Virus genome (UHGV): UHGV-0036582
Origin: a virus
Length of the DNA stretch: 64,000 nucleotides
Strand: one strand, 5' to 3'
The stretch's first letter is position 1. Each line of letters begins with the position of its first letter. The position numbers and the translations under genes are program-made. Below are positions 1 to 9,464 of the stretch, piece by piece. The notes beneath the pieces were generated by a model. It saw only the letters and a program-made list of their open reading frames with translations. It made no database searches and was not told where the DNA came from.

Positions 1-3000
1 GAAAACGTTGAGTGGTATAAAAATAACACTGACGCGATTAATGCTGCTGGCGACAAAGCTCGTGAGGCGGCGGCCAGTGCTGCCGCAGCAGCAGAAAGCG
101 CCAATACCGCTGGAGAAAAAGCCTCTCAAGCGTCTCAAAGTGCATCCGCTGCGGCATCTTCACAAAGTGCTGCAAGTGCGAGCGCAACTGCTGCGAAAAA
201 ATCTGAAACGAACGCACAAGCCGCAAAAGAAGCGGCAGCAGAATCAGCATCTGTAGCGTCGGCCAAAGCATCGGAGGCAGCAACATCTGCGTCCAGTGCC
301 TCTGCATCTAAGGATGCAGCCAAAGTATCAGAGACTAACGCTTCATCGAGCGCAAACGCGGCAGCATCATCGGCAACAGAAGCTGCAAATTCGTCTAAGG
401 CAGCAAAAACGTCAGAGACAAACGCAAAAGCATCTGAAACGGCCGCCGGGCAGAGTGCAAAGTCTGCAAACAGTTCGAAATCTGCGGCAGAAGCCTCAGC
501 AAGCGCAGCCTCAGCAAGCGCGGATAGTGCTTCATCAAGTGCAACAGCGGCAGGAAAATCTGCGGAAAGTGCATCGTCATCAGCGACAACAGCTACCACA
601 AAAGCGACAGAGGCGACGAGTCAGGCTACAGCTGCTAAAAATTCAGCATCGGCAGCAAAAGCCTCTGAAACAAATGCAAAGACTTCAGAAGACAATGCTG
701 CTTCCTCTAAGGCGGCAGCTGCTGAATCTGCAAGTTCTGCGTCTGCATCAGCTACCTCGGCATCCGCTTCAAAAGATGAGGCGACTAAACAGGCGTCAGC
801 AGCGAAGGGCAGTGCCACGACGGCATCCACAAAGGCAACAGAGGCGGCAGGCAGTGCGACGGCTGCATCTCAGAGCAAAACTGCTGCCGAATCTGCTGCG
901 ACCCGTGCAGAAGCAGCCGCAGATCGTGCTGAAGAGATTGCCGGTGCAGTTGCGATGGAAGACGCAACCCTTACAACTAAAGGTGTTGTGAAACTTAGTA
1001 GTGCGACAGATAGCACCAGTGAATCGCTGGCTGCAACGCCAAAGGCAGTTAAAGCAGCCAATGACAATGCGAATAGTAGGGTGCCATCTAACCGAAAAAT
1101 TAACGGGAAAGCACTGACTGCGGATATCACATTAACGCCGAAAGATATTGGCACTTTAAATTCAGTAACGATGTCTTTCTCTGGCGGGGCTGGGTGGTTC
1201 AAACTGGCTACGGTTACCATGCCACAAGCGAGTTCCATCGTTTACATTGCATTGATTGGTGGCGCTGGTTACAACGTCGGCTCCCCACAGCAGGCAGGCA
1301 TTTCAGAACTGGTTTTACGAGCAGGCAATGGAAACCCCAAAGGGATTACCGGAGCTTTGTGGAAGCGTACAGCCGTCGGATTAACGAATTTCGCCTGGAT
1401 CAACACATCCGGCGATAAATATGATATTTACGTTGAGATTGGCAATTATGCGACGAGTGTAAATATCCATTGGGACTGTACTGCAAATGCGTCAGTTTCT
1501 GTTTATACCTCGCCAACATATTCAGCGAGTAAGCCTTCCGGCGTTACCGATGGCGTTGTTTATACGGTGTATAGCTCACACCAGAAACCTACACCATCAG
1601 ATATTGGAGCACTGCCAACAACGGGAGGGACTATTTCAGGTCCGTTGGCTGTTACTGGTGGGATCACCGGAACATTAAATGGCAATGCAAGTACCGCTAC
1701 GAAATTGCAGACTGCAAGAACTATCGGCGGCGTGGCCTTCGATGGCTCTGCGAACATAAATTTGCCTGGTGTAAACACGGCAGGTAATCAGAGCACTACT
1801 GGTAATGCCGCAACCGCTACAAAACTTCAAACGGCAAGAACGATTGGTGGCGTTTCATTTAACGGAACTGCCAACATCGACTTGCCCGGAGTTAACAAAA
1901 CTGGCAACCAAAGCACCACAGGTAATGCTGCTACAGCTACTAAATTGCAGACTGCAAGAACCATCGGTGGTGTTAGCTTTGATGGCACTGCGAATATTAA
2001 TTTGCCAGGTGTAAATACGGCAGGTAATCAGAGCACTACAGGTAACGCGGCCACAGCGACCAAGTTGCAAACTGCTAGAACTATTAACGGGGTGTCGTTT
2101 AACGGCTCTGCGAATATTTCAATACCAACAATTACGTCCAGAGGACGCGTTACTGCGCTCACCGGTACAACACAAGGTGCTGCGACTGGATTGCAGATGT
2201 ACGAGGCATATAACAATGGCTACCCTTCGACTTACGGGAATGTGCTTCATCTTAAGGGCGCAACGGCCGTTGGTGAAGGTGAGTTGTTCATAGGTTGGAG
2301 CGGTACAAGTGGCGCTCATGCACCTGTACATGTACGTTCGCGACGAGATACGGATACATCCAGTTGGTCTGAATGGGCGCAAGTTTATACGTCCAAAGAC
2401 TCAATTCCAGGTGTTAATGCCACCGGTAATCAGAACACTACTGGCAACGCGGCAACCGCCACCAAATTGCAGACAGCGAGAAGAATTAACAATGTGGCTT
2501 TTGACGGCACGAAAGATATTACTCTAACGCCTGGTAATATCGGCGCTGCTGCTTCGTCTCAGGCATGGCTGAATACTGGCGATTCAGGACAATCATTATC
2601 CACATCGTCATTTATTACGCTGCTGCAAAATAACGGCGCATTCAATCAGCGTACATGGATTGCTCGCTGTTCGTGGGCTTATGCTAATAACGCCTCAATA
2701 CCGGATAGCGAAACAAAATGCGGCACTATTCCGCTTGCTGGCGCACTGATTGAAATAACCAGCTTTGGCATGACTAACTACACAATTAGGATCACCACCG
2801 CAACGACTACCAGCGTTTCCGGTGCAAAAGTAAACGCCGAATTTATTTACGTTTACAATGGGGATGGTTATTCGCCAGGCTGGCGCAGGCAGTACAATAC
2901 TAAAAACCTGCCGACGCCACTTGAGATAGGAACTTACAGCAAATCGGAGATTGACAATTTAAATAGGAATTTTCTCACATCGTCAAGACTTGAAGCTGGC

Positions 3001-3471
3001 TCGTTAGATGCAAACTTCCAGACGTTAACTTGTTATTATTTGCAAATATTCGACATTCAGACAACAACCGATAGTCCTAACATGTTCGTAAGTCCGATTG
3101 CTGGCTACAACATGGTTTTTCGTTCGACTTCATCCCGTCGATACAAGACGGATATCGAGTCTTTAGAGAACAAGTACGCGGACGAGCTGTTGAAACTTCG
3201 TCCTGTATGGTATCGCTCGACTTGTGAAAGGGACAGAAAGGACTGGGGACATTATGGCCTTATTGCAGAAGAAGTCGGAGAGATAGCACCGCAATATGTT
3301 CACTGGCGTCCTCTTACAGACGAAGATGATCCAAGTATAGCGTCTGATAATGGGATGGTTGCTGAAGGCGTGATGTATGACCGTCTGGTTGTTCCACTCA
3401 TTCACCATATTCAAAAACTGACAAAAAGGGTTGAGGAGCTTGAAGCGAAGTTAAATTCACCTGAAGAATAA
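1..3471 (+). CDS. Tail fibre protein, 5'-truncated by the window edge; Ala/Ser-rich N-terminal repeat region, internal 40-aa tandem repeats, C-terminal intramolecular-chaperone-like domain
   Basis: Frame 1 is open from base 1 to the stop at 3469-3471; the listed ORF 955..3471 is only its Met-initiated tail. N-terminal region is Ala/Ser/Thr/Lys-rich repeats. Five copies of GN(A/Q)(S/A)TATKLQTARTIGGV.F.G.ANI.LPGVN. C-terminus (YKTDIESLENKYADELLKLRPVWY...LEAKLNSPEE) resembles the self-cleaving chaperone domain of phage tail fibres and spikes. Confidence 0.8.
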   Translation, partial: ENVEWYKNNTDAINAAGDKAREAAASAAAAAESANTAGEKASQASQSASAAASSQSAASASATAAKKSETNAQAAKEAAAESASVASAKASEAATSASSASASKDAAKVSETNASSSANAAASSATEAANSSKAAKTSETNAKASETAAGQSAKSANSSKSAAEASASAASASADSASSSATAAGKSAESASSSATTATTKATEATSQATAAKNSASAAKASETNAKTSEDNAASSKAAAAESASSASASATSASASKDEATKQASAAKGSATTASTKATEAAGSATAASQSKTAAESAATRAEAAADRAEEIAGAVAMEDATLTTKGVVKLSSATDSTSESLAATPKAVKAANDNANSRVPSNRKINGKALTADITLTPKDIGTLNSVTMSFSGGAGWFKLATVTMPQASSIVYIALIGGAGYNVGSPQQAGISELVLRAGNGNPKGITGALWKRTAVGLTNFAWINTSGDKYDIYVEIGNYATSVNIHWDCTANASVSVYTSPTYSASKPSGVTDGVVYTVYSSHQKPTPSDIGALPTTGGTISGPLAVTGGITGTLNGNASTATKLQTARTIGGVAFDGSANINLPGVNTAGNQSTTGNAATATKLQTARTIGGVSFNGTANIDLPGVNKTGNQSTTGNAATATKLQTARTIGGVSFDGTANINLPGVNTAGNQSTTGNAATATKLQTARTINGVSFNGSANISIPTITSRGRVTALTGTTQGAATGLQMYEAYNNGYPSTYGNVLHLKGATAVGEGELFIGWSGTSGAHAPVHVRSRRDTDTSSWSEWAQVYTSKDSIPGVNATGNQNTTGNAATATKLQTARRINNVAFDGTKDITLTPGNIGAAASSQAWLNTGDSGQSLSTSSFITLLQNNGAFNQRTWIARCSWAYANNASIPDSETKCGTIPLAGALIEITSFGMTNYTIRITTATTTSVSGAKVNAEFIYVYNGDGYSPGWRRQYNTKNLPTPLEIGTYSKSEIDNLNRNFLTSSRLEAGSLDANFQTLTCYYLQIFDIQTTTDSPNMFVSPIAGYNMVFRSTSSRRYKTDIESLENKYADELLKLRPVWYRSTCERDRKDWGHYGLIAEEVGEIAPQYVHWRPLTDEDDPSIASDNGMVAEGVMYDRLVVPLIHHIQKLTKRVEELEAKLNSPEE
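1681..2160 (+). repeat. Four tandem 120-bp (40-codon) repeats inside the tail fibre gene, with a fifth diverged copy near 2444
   Basis: Repeat units begin at 1681, 1801, 1921 and 2041 (ggyaaygc..accgctac.aaa.tgca.actgc.agaac.at.gg.gg.gt); protein-level repeats GNQSTTGNAATATKLQTARTIGGVSF.GTANI.LPGVN. Confidence 0.85.
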
Positions 3472-3597
3472 ACAACCTCAACGAGAATTAGTTTAGAAAC
3501 AAGTTCTCATTAGTTTTTTAATATATATAGGTAAGTACACGCCTATTAATTGAGGGGTGAAATATGATATAAATCCGCCATCCCGATTTGGCTTTTC

Positions 3598-3933
3598 ATG
3601 GAGGAAAACATGTCGAACGAGATGGCGGGCGTTACAACAGAGCAAGTTGAGCGTATTGCCGCGATCGTTGCTCGGGAGGTTGTTGGCAAATTAGGTAAAG
3701 AGCTACGTGAAGAAATTGGCCAGGAGGTCAACGATCAGCTGAAAACCTACTTTGGTGATATGACCCCGGCGCAACATAGTATTCAACACTCCAACCTGGA
3801 CAAACTCCTTAACCGGTTAGATTCCATCTCAAGTGGGTTCTTTGGCGGCATTGTTTCTAAAATAACGTCGTTCATTATTACCGCACTGCTTTTGGGGTTA
3901 GCCGCGTATGGCGTAAAAAATGGACTGCAATAA
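3598..3933 (+). CDS. Small membrane protein with C-terminal TM helix, possible holin or lysis regulator
   Basis: 111 aa; hydrophilic N-terminus and one hydrophobic helix ITSFIITALLLGLAAYGV near the C-terminus; sits directly upstream of the putative endolysin and spanins. Confidence 0.35.
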   Translation: MEENMSNEMAGVTTEQVERIAAIVAREVVGKLGKELREEIGQEVNDQLKTYFGDMTPAQHSIQHSNLDKLLNRLDSISSGFFGGIVSKITSFIITALLLGLAAYGVKNGLQ

Positions 3934-3946
3934 CAGGAGATCAAGG

Positions 3947-4639
3947 ATGAAGACTCCGAGAGGCATTCGTAATAATAACCCCGGTAATCTTGATAAAGGA
4001 TCACCGTGGCAAGGTCTGGTTGCGAATCCAGACGAACCGCGCTTTTGCACGTTTAAAGACCCTGTTTGGGGGATTCGTGCACTGGCGGTGACTCTAATTA
4101 CCTACCACGACAAGCGTCGCGCAAAAGACGGCTCAAGTATCGATACCATTCGTGAAGTTATTGAACGTTGGGCACCGCCGAATGAAAACAACACTGACGC
4201 CTACATTAATGAGGTGTCTAAAGCCGTTGGTGTAACCGCAGACATGATTATCGATCTGCATGATTACGACATTCTTCGACCTTTGGTTGAGGCAATCATT
4301 CGCCATGAGAATGGGCGAGGTCCGCTAAAAACGCTGAACACCTGGTATGCGGCAGAAGTTATTGAGGAAGGTCTGCGTCGAGCTGGCGTCGTTAAGCCGG
4401 TGAAAACCGTGAAGGCTGTTCCTGTAACTAAAGAAACGGCAGGCGCAACTGTTACAGCAGGTATTGGTCTGGCGCAGCTGGCCGATGTTATGCCGCAGGT
4501 TTCCGCTGCTATGGATAAAGCACAAGGTCATATCTCTAGCGGGGATACAGTACGCATCATCTTCGGTATTGCCACTATTGTTGTGGCTGGATTTATCGCC
4601 TGGTCGCAGGTAAGAAGACACCAGAAAGGGATGGTCTAA
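3947..4639 (+). CDS. Putative endolysin or cell-wall hydrolase with C-terminal membrane anchor
   Basis: Start moved to the ATG at 3947, which has an AGGAG RBS at 3935-3939. N-terminal RNNNPGNL motif, C-terminal hydrophobic helix IIFGIATIVVAGFIAWSQV. The call rests mainly on position between the membrane protein and the spanin pair. Confidence 0.4.
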   Translation: MKTPRGIRNNNPGNLDKGSPWQGLVANPDEPRFCTFKDPVWGIRALAVTLITYHDKRRAKDGSSIDTIREVIERWAPPNENNTDAYINEVSKAVGVTADMIIDLHDYDILRPLVEAIIRHENGRGPLKTLNTWYAAEVIEEGLRRAGVVKPVKTVKAVPVTKETAGATVTAGIGLAQLADVMPQVSAAMDKAQGHISSGDTVRIIFGIATIVVAGFIAWSQVRRHQKGMV

Positions 4640-4640
4640 T

Positions 4641-4892
4641 ATGCTAGGCAGCCTGATGACAAAGCTAAAAGTTGCTTTGATTACGCTGGCTGCCGTTCTT
4701 TTCGTTCTGGTCGGCGCTTACACGATGGGCGGAAATGCGGCGCGACGAGCAATGGAAGAGAAGGCAAAACAGGAAGACAGGAAACGACTTCAAAGCACAG
4801 TGGACGTCAAAAATGAAACACTTGATGAGTTACGGCGCAAGGATGCTTCTACTGTTCATCATGAGTTGCACAATAAGTGGTTGCGTGATTAA
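4641..4892 (+). CDS. i-spanin (Rz-like): N-terminal TM helix plus periplasmic coiled coil
   Basis: 83 aa; TM helix LKVALITLAAVLFVLVGAYTM followed by a charged helical region; the o-spanin gene is nested in its 3' end in the +1 frame. Confidence 0.7.
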   Translation: MLGSLMTKLKVALITLAAVLFVLVGAYTMGGNAARRAMEEKAKQEDRKRLQSTVDVKNETLDELRRKDASTVHHELHNKWLRD

Positions 4893-5043
4893 GCCTCAAC
4901 CCGCTGGTGTGCTTTTCTGCGATGCGGCTACACCGCTATACATCAGCCGTGATGATCTCATGACCGAAGAGACTGAAAGAGAGGTGCTTTTTCACAATAT
5001 GATTGGGGAGCGATTGTGTGGATGGGGCAGAAAAGTGCCATAA
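4813..5043 (+). CDS. o-spanin (Rz1-like) outer-membrane lipoprotein, overlapping the i-spanin gene
   Basis: ATG at 4813 inside ORF 4735..5043; signal peptide MKHLMSYGARMLLLFIMSCTISGC with a lipobox Cys; Pro-rich mature part; classic overlapped Rz/Rz1 layout. Confidence 0.65.
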   Translation: MKHLMSYGARMLLLFIMSCTISGCVIKPQPAGVLFCDAATPLYISRDDLMTEETEREVLFHNMIGERLCGWGRKVP

Positions 5044-5217
5044 CAAAAGTGGCGTTTTCTAACATAAAATTTGCATATTATTAGAGCACAAGGTAGATTT
5101 GATGCATGGATGTCAAGTAAATCATACCTTGTTTTAATAAATCGACGCATACTCGTAGCCTCTAAACCGACAAGGTCGCCGCTATGACATAAAGTTATTA
5201 CCGGCTAAGGTGGAAAC

Positions 5218-5616
5218 ATGCATACTGCACTTAACGCATCTCGTTCTATTCAGACGATAAGAGACTGTACCAAGATGATCGCATCGGTTCCGTTGCGGCA
5301 TTGGAATGACTCGCTCCAAATTCGTGAAATGAACAAACCGGGTATGCTTAAGGATCAGCGTTTCATCGTTAACCTTAAAAGTGACGTTGAAGAAGGCAAG
5401 TTTACCATCAAATTGTTTGCAGAAATGATGGTGCTCAACAATCGGTTACGTTTTCTTGTTAAGCCAGAAAAACAGTTTCCCGATGTTGTGCGTTGTGAAC
5501 AGGATGCTTTCTATGAGATTGAAAGCAAAATAGCTAAATTTATCAAAGATAAATACCGCGTAGATGTTAAAATAGCGAAACTGGATTCATCTACGGATAT
5601 GCGGCTTGCTAACTAA
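5218..5616 (+). CDS. Hypothetical protein
   Basis: 132-aa ORF, no recognisable motif; stop abuts the next ORF start (TAAATG). Confidence 0.5.
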   Translation: MHTALNASRSIQTIRDCTKMIASVPLRHWNDSLQIREMNKPGMLKDQRFIVNLKSDVEEGKFTIKLFAEMMVLNNRLRFLVKPEKQFPDVVRCEQDAFYEIESKIAKFIKDKYRVDVKIAKLDSSTDMRLAN

Positions 5617-6393
5617 ATGTCACCATCATTCATAGCAGAGTATTCAAAAGTACTGTCTGGTTTCCCTGAATGTGAAGCAAGAGAGAAAATCAGAGTTGGC
5701 TACATGGTTAACTCTGATTTTTCTGTTTTACGGCTCACAGAGTGGTCCTTGATCGGGTCTAATTATGATTACTGTTTGACAGTGTCATTTGTAGGCGACC
5801 CTGATGCAGATTGGCTTCAAGAACATGCAATGGATCTTGACGAGCAGGGGTATTCAGAAGCAGAGATAGTTCATAGTGTTCGTGAATTAGTTGGTGATGA
5901 GCAAGAAGATGATGACGGCATTCAGATCGCCAGGTTCGTCTACAAACGATTCCAGTTTCGCTCACAAAAAGGCTCTCATCTTGGGGTCCAGATTAAAGGG
6001 GCATTTGTAACCCCTTCAAAGGAACAAAAGGGACTTGCTAGAAGAGTTTACAATTTCCTTCTCAATTGGCATGACCATGTGGTATGTGATGACCATCAGA
6101 CGGTTTACGGTGCCAGAATTTGGGCGGTCGGTATGCTTCTGGTCGGGCGTGTCCAAATCTATGACAATTTAAACAAAGAATTTATAGATGTCCTTGTTGA
6201 AGGTGGTATTGGGCAGAATGGCGTCAAACCGTGGGACGCGCTGCTATTGAGCAGCGAGGCCCAGTTACGTCACTGGAACCCTATGGCCGTCAGCATAGAC
6301 CCATCTAGTCAGATTCTCGCCATCATCTCCAAAGAAGACCGTCACATTGAAGTGGGCGTTACAACTTTTGACGCCAGGTCTACCAACCATTAA
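5617..6393 (+). CDS. Hypothetical protein
   Basis: 258-aa ORF translationally coupled to the preceding ORF; followed by a terminator. Confidence 0.5.
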   Translation: MSPSFIAEYSKVLSGFPECEAREKIRVGYMVNSDFSVLRLTEWSLIGSNYDYCLTVSFVGDPDADWLQEHAMDLDEQGYSEAEIVHSVRELVGDEQEDDDGIQIARFVYKRFQFRSQKGSHLGVQIKGAFVTPSKEQKGLARRVYNFLLNWHDHVVCDDHQTVYGARIWAVGMLLVGRVQIYDNLNKEFIDVLVEGGIGQNGVKPWDALLLSSEAQLRHWNPMAVSIDPSSQILAIISKEDRHIEVGVTTFDARSTNH

Positions 6394-6397
6394 TTCC

Positions 6398-6422
6398 TAA
6401 ACCCGCTTCGGCGGGTTTTTGA
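6398..6422 (+). terminator. Rho-independent terminator
   Basis: aaacccgc-ttcg-gcgggttttt: GC stem, tetraloop and T-tract directly after the stop at 6393. Confidence 0.75.
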
Positions 6423-6548
6423 TGTTTCAGTTTCTTTATCAACCTACTAATTAACCTTTACACCGCAGCCGTAGGCATTTAGGCTATATCACATATAAGA
6501 AAACAAGTTGTTTCAGACGATAATTATATACGCAAAGGGAACTCTCCA

Positions 6549-7217
6549 ATGACCAAGATCTTTGTGGTTGGCGGCACAAAGGGCGGGCCTGGCAAATCCA
6601 CCGTTGCCCAGCAAATTGCCGTTTGCCTGAAAGTCAAAAAGAAGAAGAAGGTTTATATCACTGATATAGATATTCAGCGCACGACAACAAGCTGGTGTGA
6701 AGACCGTCGACAGAACGAAGACCTTGAGCTGATTCCTTTTGCATACGTTCAGGATGACATCATTAAGCACCTAAAATCGCTTCAGGGTAGAGCTGAGTTT
6801 GTAGTGGTAGATGCTGGTGGCTTTGACTCCGAAATTCAGCGACAAGCGATGCTGATGGCCGACGTTATCATTATCCCGCTGCGTCCTAAGCGTCGTGATT
6901 TGAAATCTTTACGTGACATCGATCCTATTATCGACAATGTTCGTAATGTAAACGATAAAGTGAAGGTCCGCGCGGTCATGAACCAGTGCCCGGCTTTGCC
7001 ATCACAAGTGTCTCGCATTTTGGCGGCTAAAGAGATTGTCGAGACGTTTGGCATCGAGTCTGCGCCAGTCAATTTATATAACCGCAACGTCTATGATGAT
7101 GCGGAAGAGTCTGGTCGTTCTATCTTTGAAATGACCGGTAGCGAGCGCGACAAAAAGGCGGAAGCCGAGTTTGAAGAATTTGTAGATTATCTGTTGAGTC
7201 TGGAGGAAGAAGAATAA
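6549..7217 (+). CDS. parA: ParA/MinD-family partition ATPase
   Basis: Deviant Walker A motif KGGPGKST in MTKIFVVGGTKGGPGKSTVAQQIA; 222 aa; followed by a small overlapping ORF as in type Ib partition operons. Confidence 0.8.
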   Translation: MTKIFVVGGTKGGPGKSTVAQQIAVCLKVKKKKKVYITDIDIQRTTTSWCEDRRQNEDLELIPFAYVQDDIIKHLKSLQGRAEFVVVDAGGFDSEIQRQAMLMADVIIIPLRPKRRDLKSLRDIDPIIDNVRNVNDKVKVRAVMNQCPALPSQVSRILAAKEIVETFGIESAPVNLYNRNVYDDAEESGRSIFEMTGSERDKKAEAEFEEFVDYLLSLEEEE

Positions 7218-7576
7218 TGTCCATGAAAATGGGTGACCTAGCAAAGCGCAAAGAGTCTGATGCACCGGCTAAGAACACAACTCCTTTGCGCCAACCAGTC
7301 AGACCACAGGGACGCCCGACTCGTGGCAAAGAGAAAATTAAAAGCCGCACAATGTCACTGGAGGACGAATACTTCGAACTGCTGGAGATGATGAAGTTCA
7401 TCCCTCGCTTCGAGAAGTTCACTCGTTCTGACGTGATTCGAGCAGCCATTTTCCATCTGGCAGAGAAGTCACCGCAGGAAATCGAGGACATCGTGAAATT
7501 GAATGAGGCGATCACCGCTGCCGATGTCACGATGCGTACCGATGAAATCAAACGAGAGTTGATGAAGAAAGGTTAA
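7217..7576 (+). CDS. Small DNA-binding partition partner, ribbon-helix-helix-like (ParG-like)
   Basis: 119 aa, start overlaps the parA stop; basic N-terminus; C-terminal segment RTMSLEDEYFELLEMMK...RSDVIRAAIFHLAEK has a strand-helix-helix pattern. Confidence 0.45.
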   Translation: MSMKMGDLAKRKESDAPAKNTTPLRQPVRPQGRPTRGKEKIKSRTMSLEDEYFELLEMMKFIPRFEKFTRSDVIRAAIFHLAEKSPQEIEDIVKLNEAITAADVTMRTDEIKRELMKKG

Positions 7577-7579
7577 AAA

Positions 7580-7614
7580 TCATGCATTGGCGTAATGTAC
7601 GCGCCAATGCATGA
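7580..7614. terminator. 13-bp inverted repeat between convergent genes, possible bidirectional terminator
   Basis: tcatgcattggcg / cgccaatgcatga arms with a 9-nt loop; no clear T-tract. Confidence 0.4.
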
Positions 7615-7628
7615 GTACAATGTCAGTT

Positions 7629-8396
7629 TTATGCCGCGCTAACACTATGTTCAGTCCTAACCACTCCAACCTTCACAAAAGGGCTACCGTAGCTTGGTGG
7701 CTTCTTGATTAATTTGCCAACATACAGTTTTCTAATATGCTCATCGGCTATTCTGCCAACAAATTCATAACGTTTTGTGTCGGGGCCAAGAGCTATATCC
7801 CTTGTAAAGTACTGCTGAGAACCGGCTTTGACCCAGCATTCAATCTGATAAACTTCCATTATCAGCCCACCATATGTAGCGTAGGCATATTTGAGATTCT
7901 CGTCTCTTGGAACCTTTGCCCATACGCCACGCGTAGCTTCATATAATGCCAGAGCGGACATTCCTGACTTGTAGGTGCTGTTTAGCAGGAAGGCAAGACC
8001 GGCGTGCTCAGGAGCAATTTCAGTTTCCTCTTGCAGCACTAAGTGATGGTAGGCGTCCAGTGATATTCTGCCCATCATGGAACCACTTCCTCGTACCTTA
8101 TTCGTAAGCTCTCCGACCCCCATAAGGTCGATGCATGTCGCCTCAACAAGTTTGGCTGTGGTTTCATCCATACCATGACGAAGTATATCTATGCCTAATT
8201 TTTTATTAGCCAAAAGTTCTTTGATCCGCATGGATTTGGGAGAGTCATCGGGATACTTGATGTGATCGAGACAACGAGTCGATTTGCCTTTTCCTATGTA
8301 AAACGGTCTTTTCATCTTGTCTTCTGTATCATAGAGACAGTAAACATAGTATTTAGCCTTATCCAATGATCTCGCGTATACCGATAAATCGTCCAT
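7629..8396 (-). CDS. GIY-YIG nuclease-domain protein with an uncharacterised C-terminal domain
   Basis: N-terminus YYVYCLYDTEDKMKRPFYIGKGKSTRCLDH matches the GIY...YIG...R...H pattern; about 150 aa of unrecognised C-terminal sequence. Confidence 0.6.
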   Translation of the reverse strand: MDDLSVYARSLDKAKYYVYCLYDTEDKMKRPFYIGKGKSTRCLDHIKYPDDSPKSMRIKELLANKKLGIDILRHGMDETTAKLVEATCIDLMGVGELTNKVRGSGSMMGRISLDAYHHLVLQEETEIAPEHAGLAFLLNSTYKSGMSALALYEATRGVWAKVPRDENLKYAYATYGGLIMEVYQIECWVKAGSQQYFTRDIALGPDTKRYEFVGRIADEHIRKLYVGKLIKKPPSYGSPFVKVGVVRTEHSVSAA

Positions 8397-8504
8397 TATT
8401 GCATCTCTTAGCTACTGACTAATGCGTTCTATTTTACACATAAGTTTTTAATCAATTTAACAGGCTCAAAGTGTAGAGCTTCTGGGCGTCTAAGACGACA
8501 AGTT

Positions 8505-8562
8505 ATGCCTGCTTCTGTATATATTTAATAAGTTACTTATTATTTATATATACAGAAGCAGG
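8505..8562. repeat. Perfect 17-bp inverted repeat (cctgcttctgtatatat) around an AT-rich loop; a near-identical copy lies at 55689-55750
   Basis: Arms cctgcttctgtatatat / atatatacagaagcagg; the loop contains ataagttacttat, related to the genome-wide palindromic motif. Confidence 0.7.
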
Positions 8563-8671
8563 TCTTTTAAAAAGACACCCACCAGAACAACTCCCTTCCG
8601 TTTCCACTTCCAAAAACTGTCACCAGTCGCTATCATCCGCTCATTGTGATAAGTAAGTAACTACCTACCAG

Positions 8672-9421
8672 GTGAGCCACATGAGCCAAATCTTTTTCGA
8701 TACCATTGACAACGACCAGTACGACTTCATGACAGAGTGGAATACCGCTGTTATGGACAAGTGGGTCGCTGAAAACATTGGTTTGTCGCGCTGCAAAGAC
8801 GAGGCTGAACTCTTCGAGACGAAGTGGTTTGATTACCGCGATATGCATCCTCTCATGGCCACCTGTCTTTTTACGGAGGCATACAAACGTCAGTACTCAA
8901 ATATCATGCTGACGCACGGTCGCGAACACTTTGAAACAGCTCCGTTCACCACCGGGTTAAAACGCCTGCCTTATCAGGAGTTGTCGACTGCCAATAAAAC
9001 GTCTCTATGGAAAGCACGCCAGTTTGCTGACCGCTATTGCTGCTCATACGACTACTTTATCTCCACCGTTCTTTCCGCAGCTGCACGACGTCTGTGGGAC
9101 AAGCTGCCGCGTCCGCAGCATTTATGGCAGCCAGAACTGATTGAGATATTTGAAGAGAAATTAGCCAGACGCGCAATAACCCGTCTGGATGACTCTCTGG
9201 TTAGCTTTAAGCATATGGGAGACATGCAGTTCAACCCGATTCAGGAAAGCTATTTTGAGTGGATTCTGGAGCGTTTGCGCACCATCCCTCGCAGCAAGCG
9301 CATACGCGCAATTTTCTCCGCTATCTGGCTAATGGAAATCGTTCCAGAGCGCCTTATTTCCGCCCACTTTCCAGAAGAACTGGAAGAAGCACGGCGGTTT
9401 ATTGATCCCCTATCTAATTAA
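8672..9421 (+). CDS. Hypothetical protein upstream of the helicase gene (possible replication accessory factor)
   Basis: 249-aa ORF, no recognisable motif; position is the only basis for the suggested role. Confidence 0.45.
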   Translation: MSHMSQIFFDTIDNDQYDFMTEWNTAVMDKWVAENIGLSRCKDEAELFETKWFDYRDMHPLMATCLFTEAYKRQYSNIMLTHGREHFETAPFTTGLKRLPYQELSTANKTSLWKARQFADRYCCSYDYFISTVLSAAARRLWDKLPRPQHLWQPELIEIFEEKLARRAITRLDDSLVSFKHMGDMQFNPIQESYFEWILERLRTIPRSKRIRAIFSAIWLMEIVPERLISAHFPEELEEARRFIDPLSN

Positions 9422-9464
9422 CTAATACTAGAAAACAATTTGTTTAAAAAACAAAGGAAAGCAC

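Noticed and set aside
8-991. Several ORFs on both strands and in other frames within the first kilobase (8..256, 38..307, 135..599, 296..991, 395..589, 621..830, 785..967)
   Set aside because: They overlap the continuous frame-1 tail-fibre reading frame in a GC/Ala-codon-rich repetitive region where alternative frames stay open by chance; their products are low-complexity Leu/Gln/Arg or Ala strings.
3598-3933. Confident holin assignment
   Set aside because: The only TM helix is at the C-terminus rather than in a typical holin topology; kept as a low-confidence membrane protein in the lysis region.
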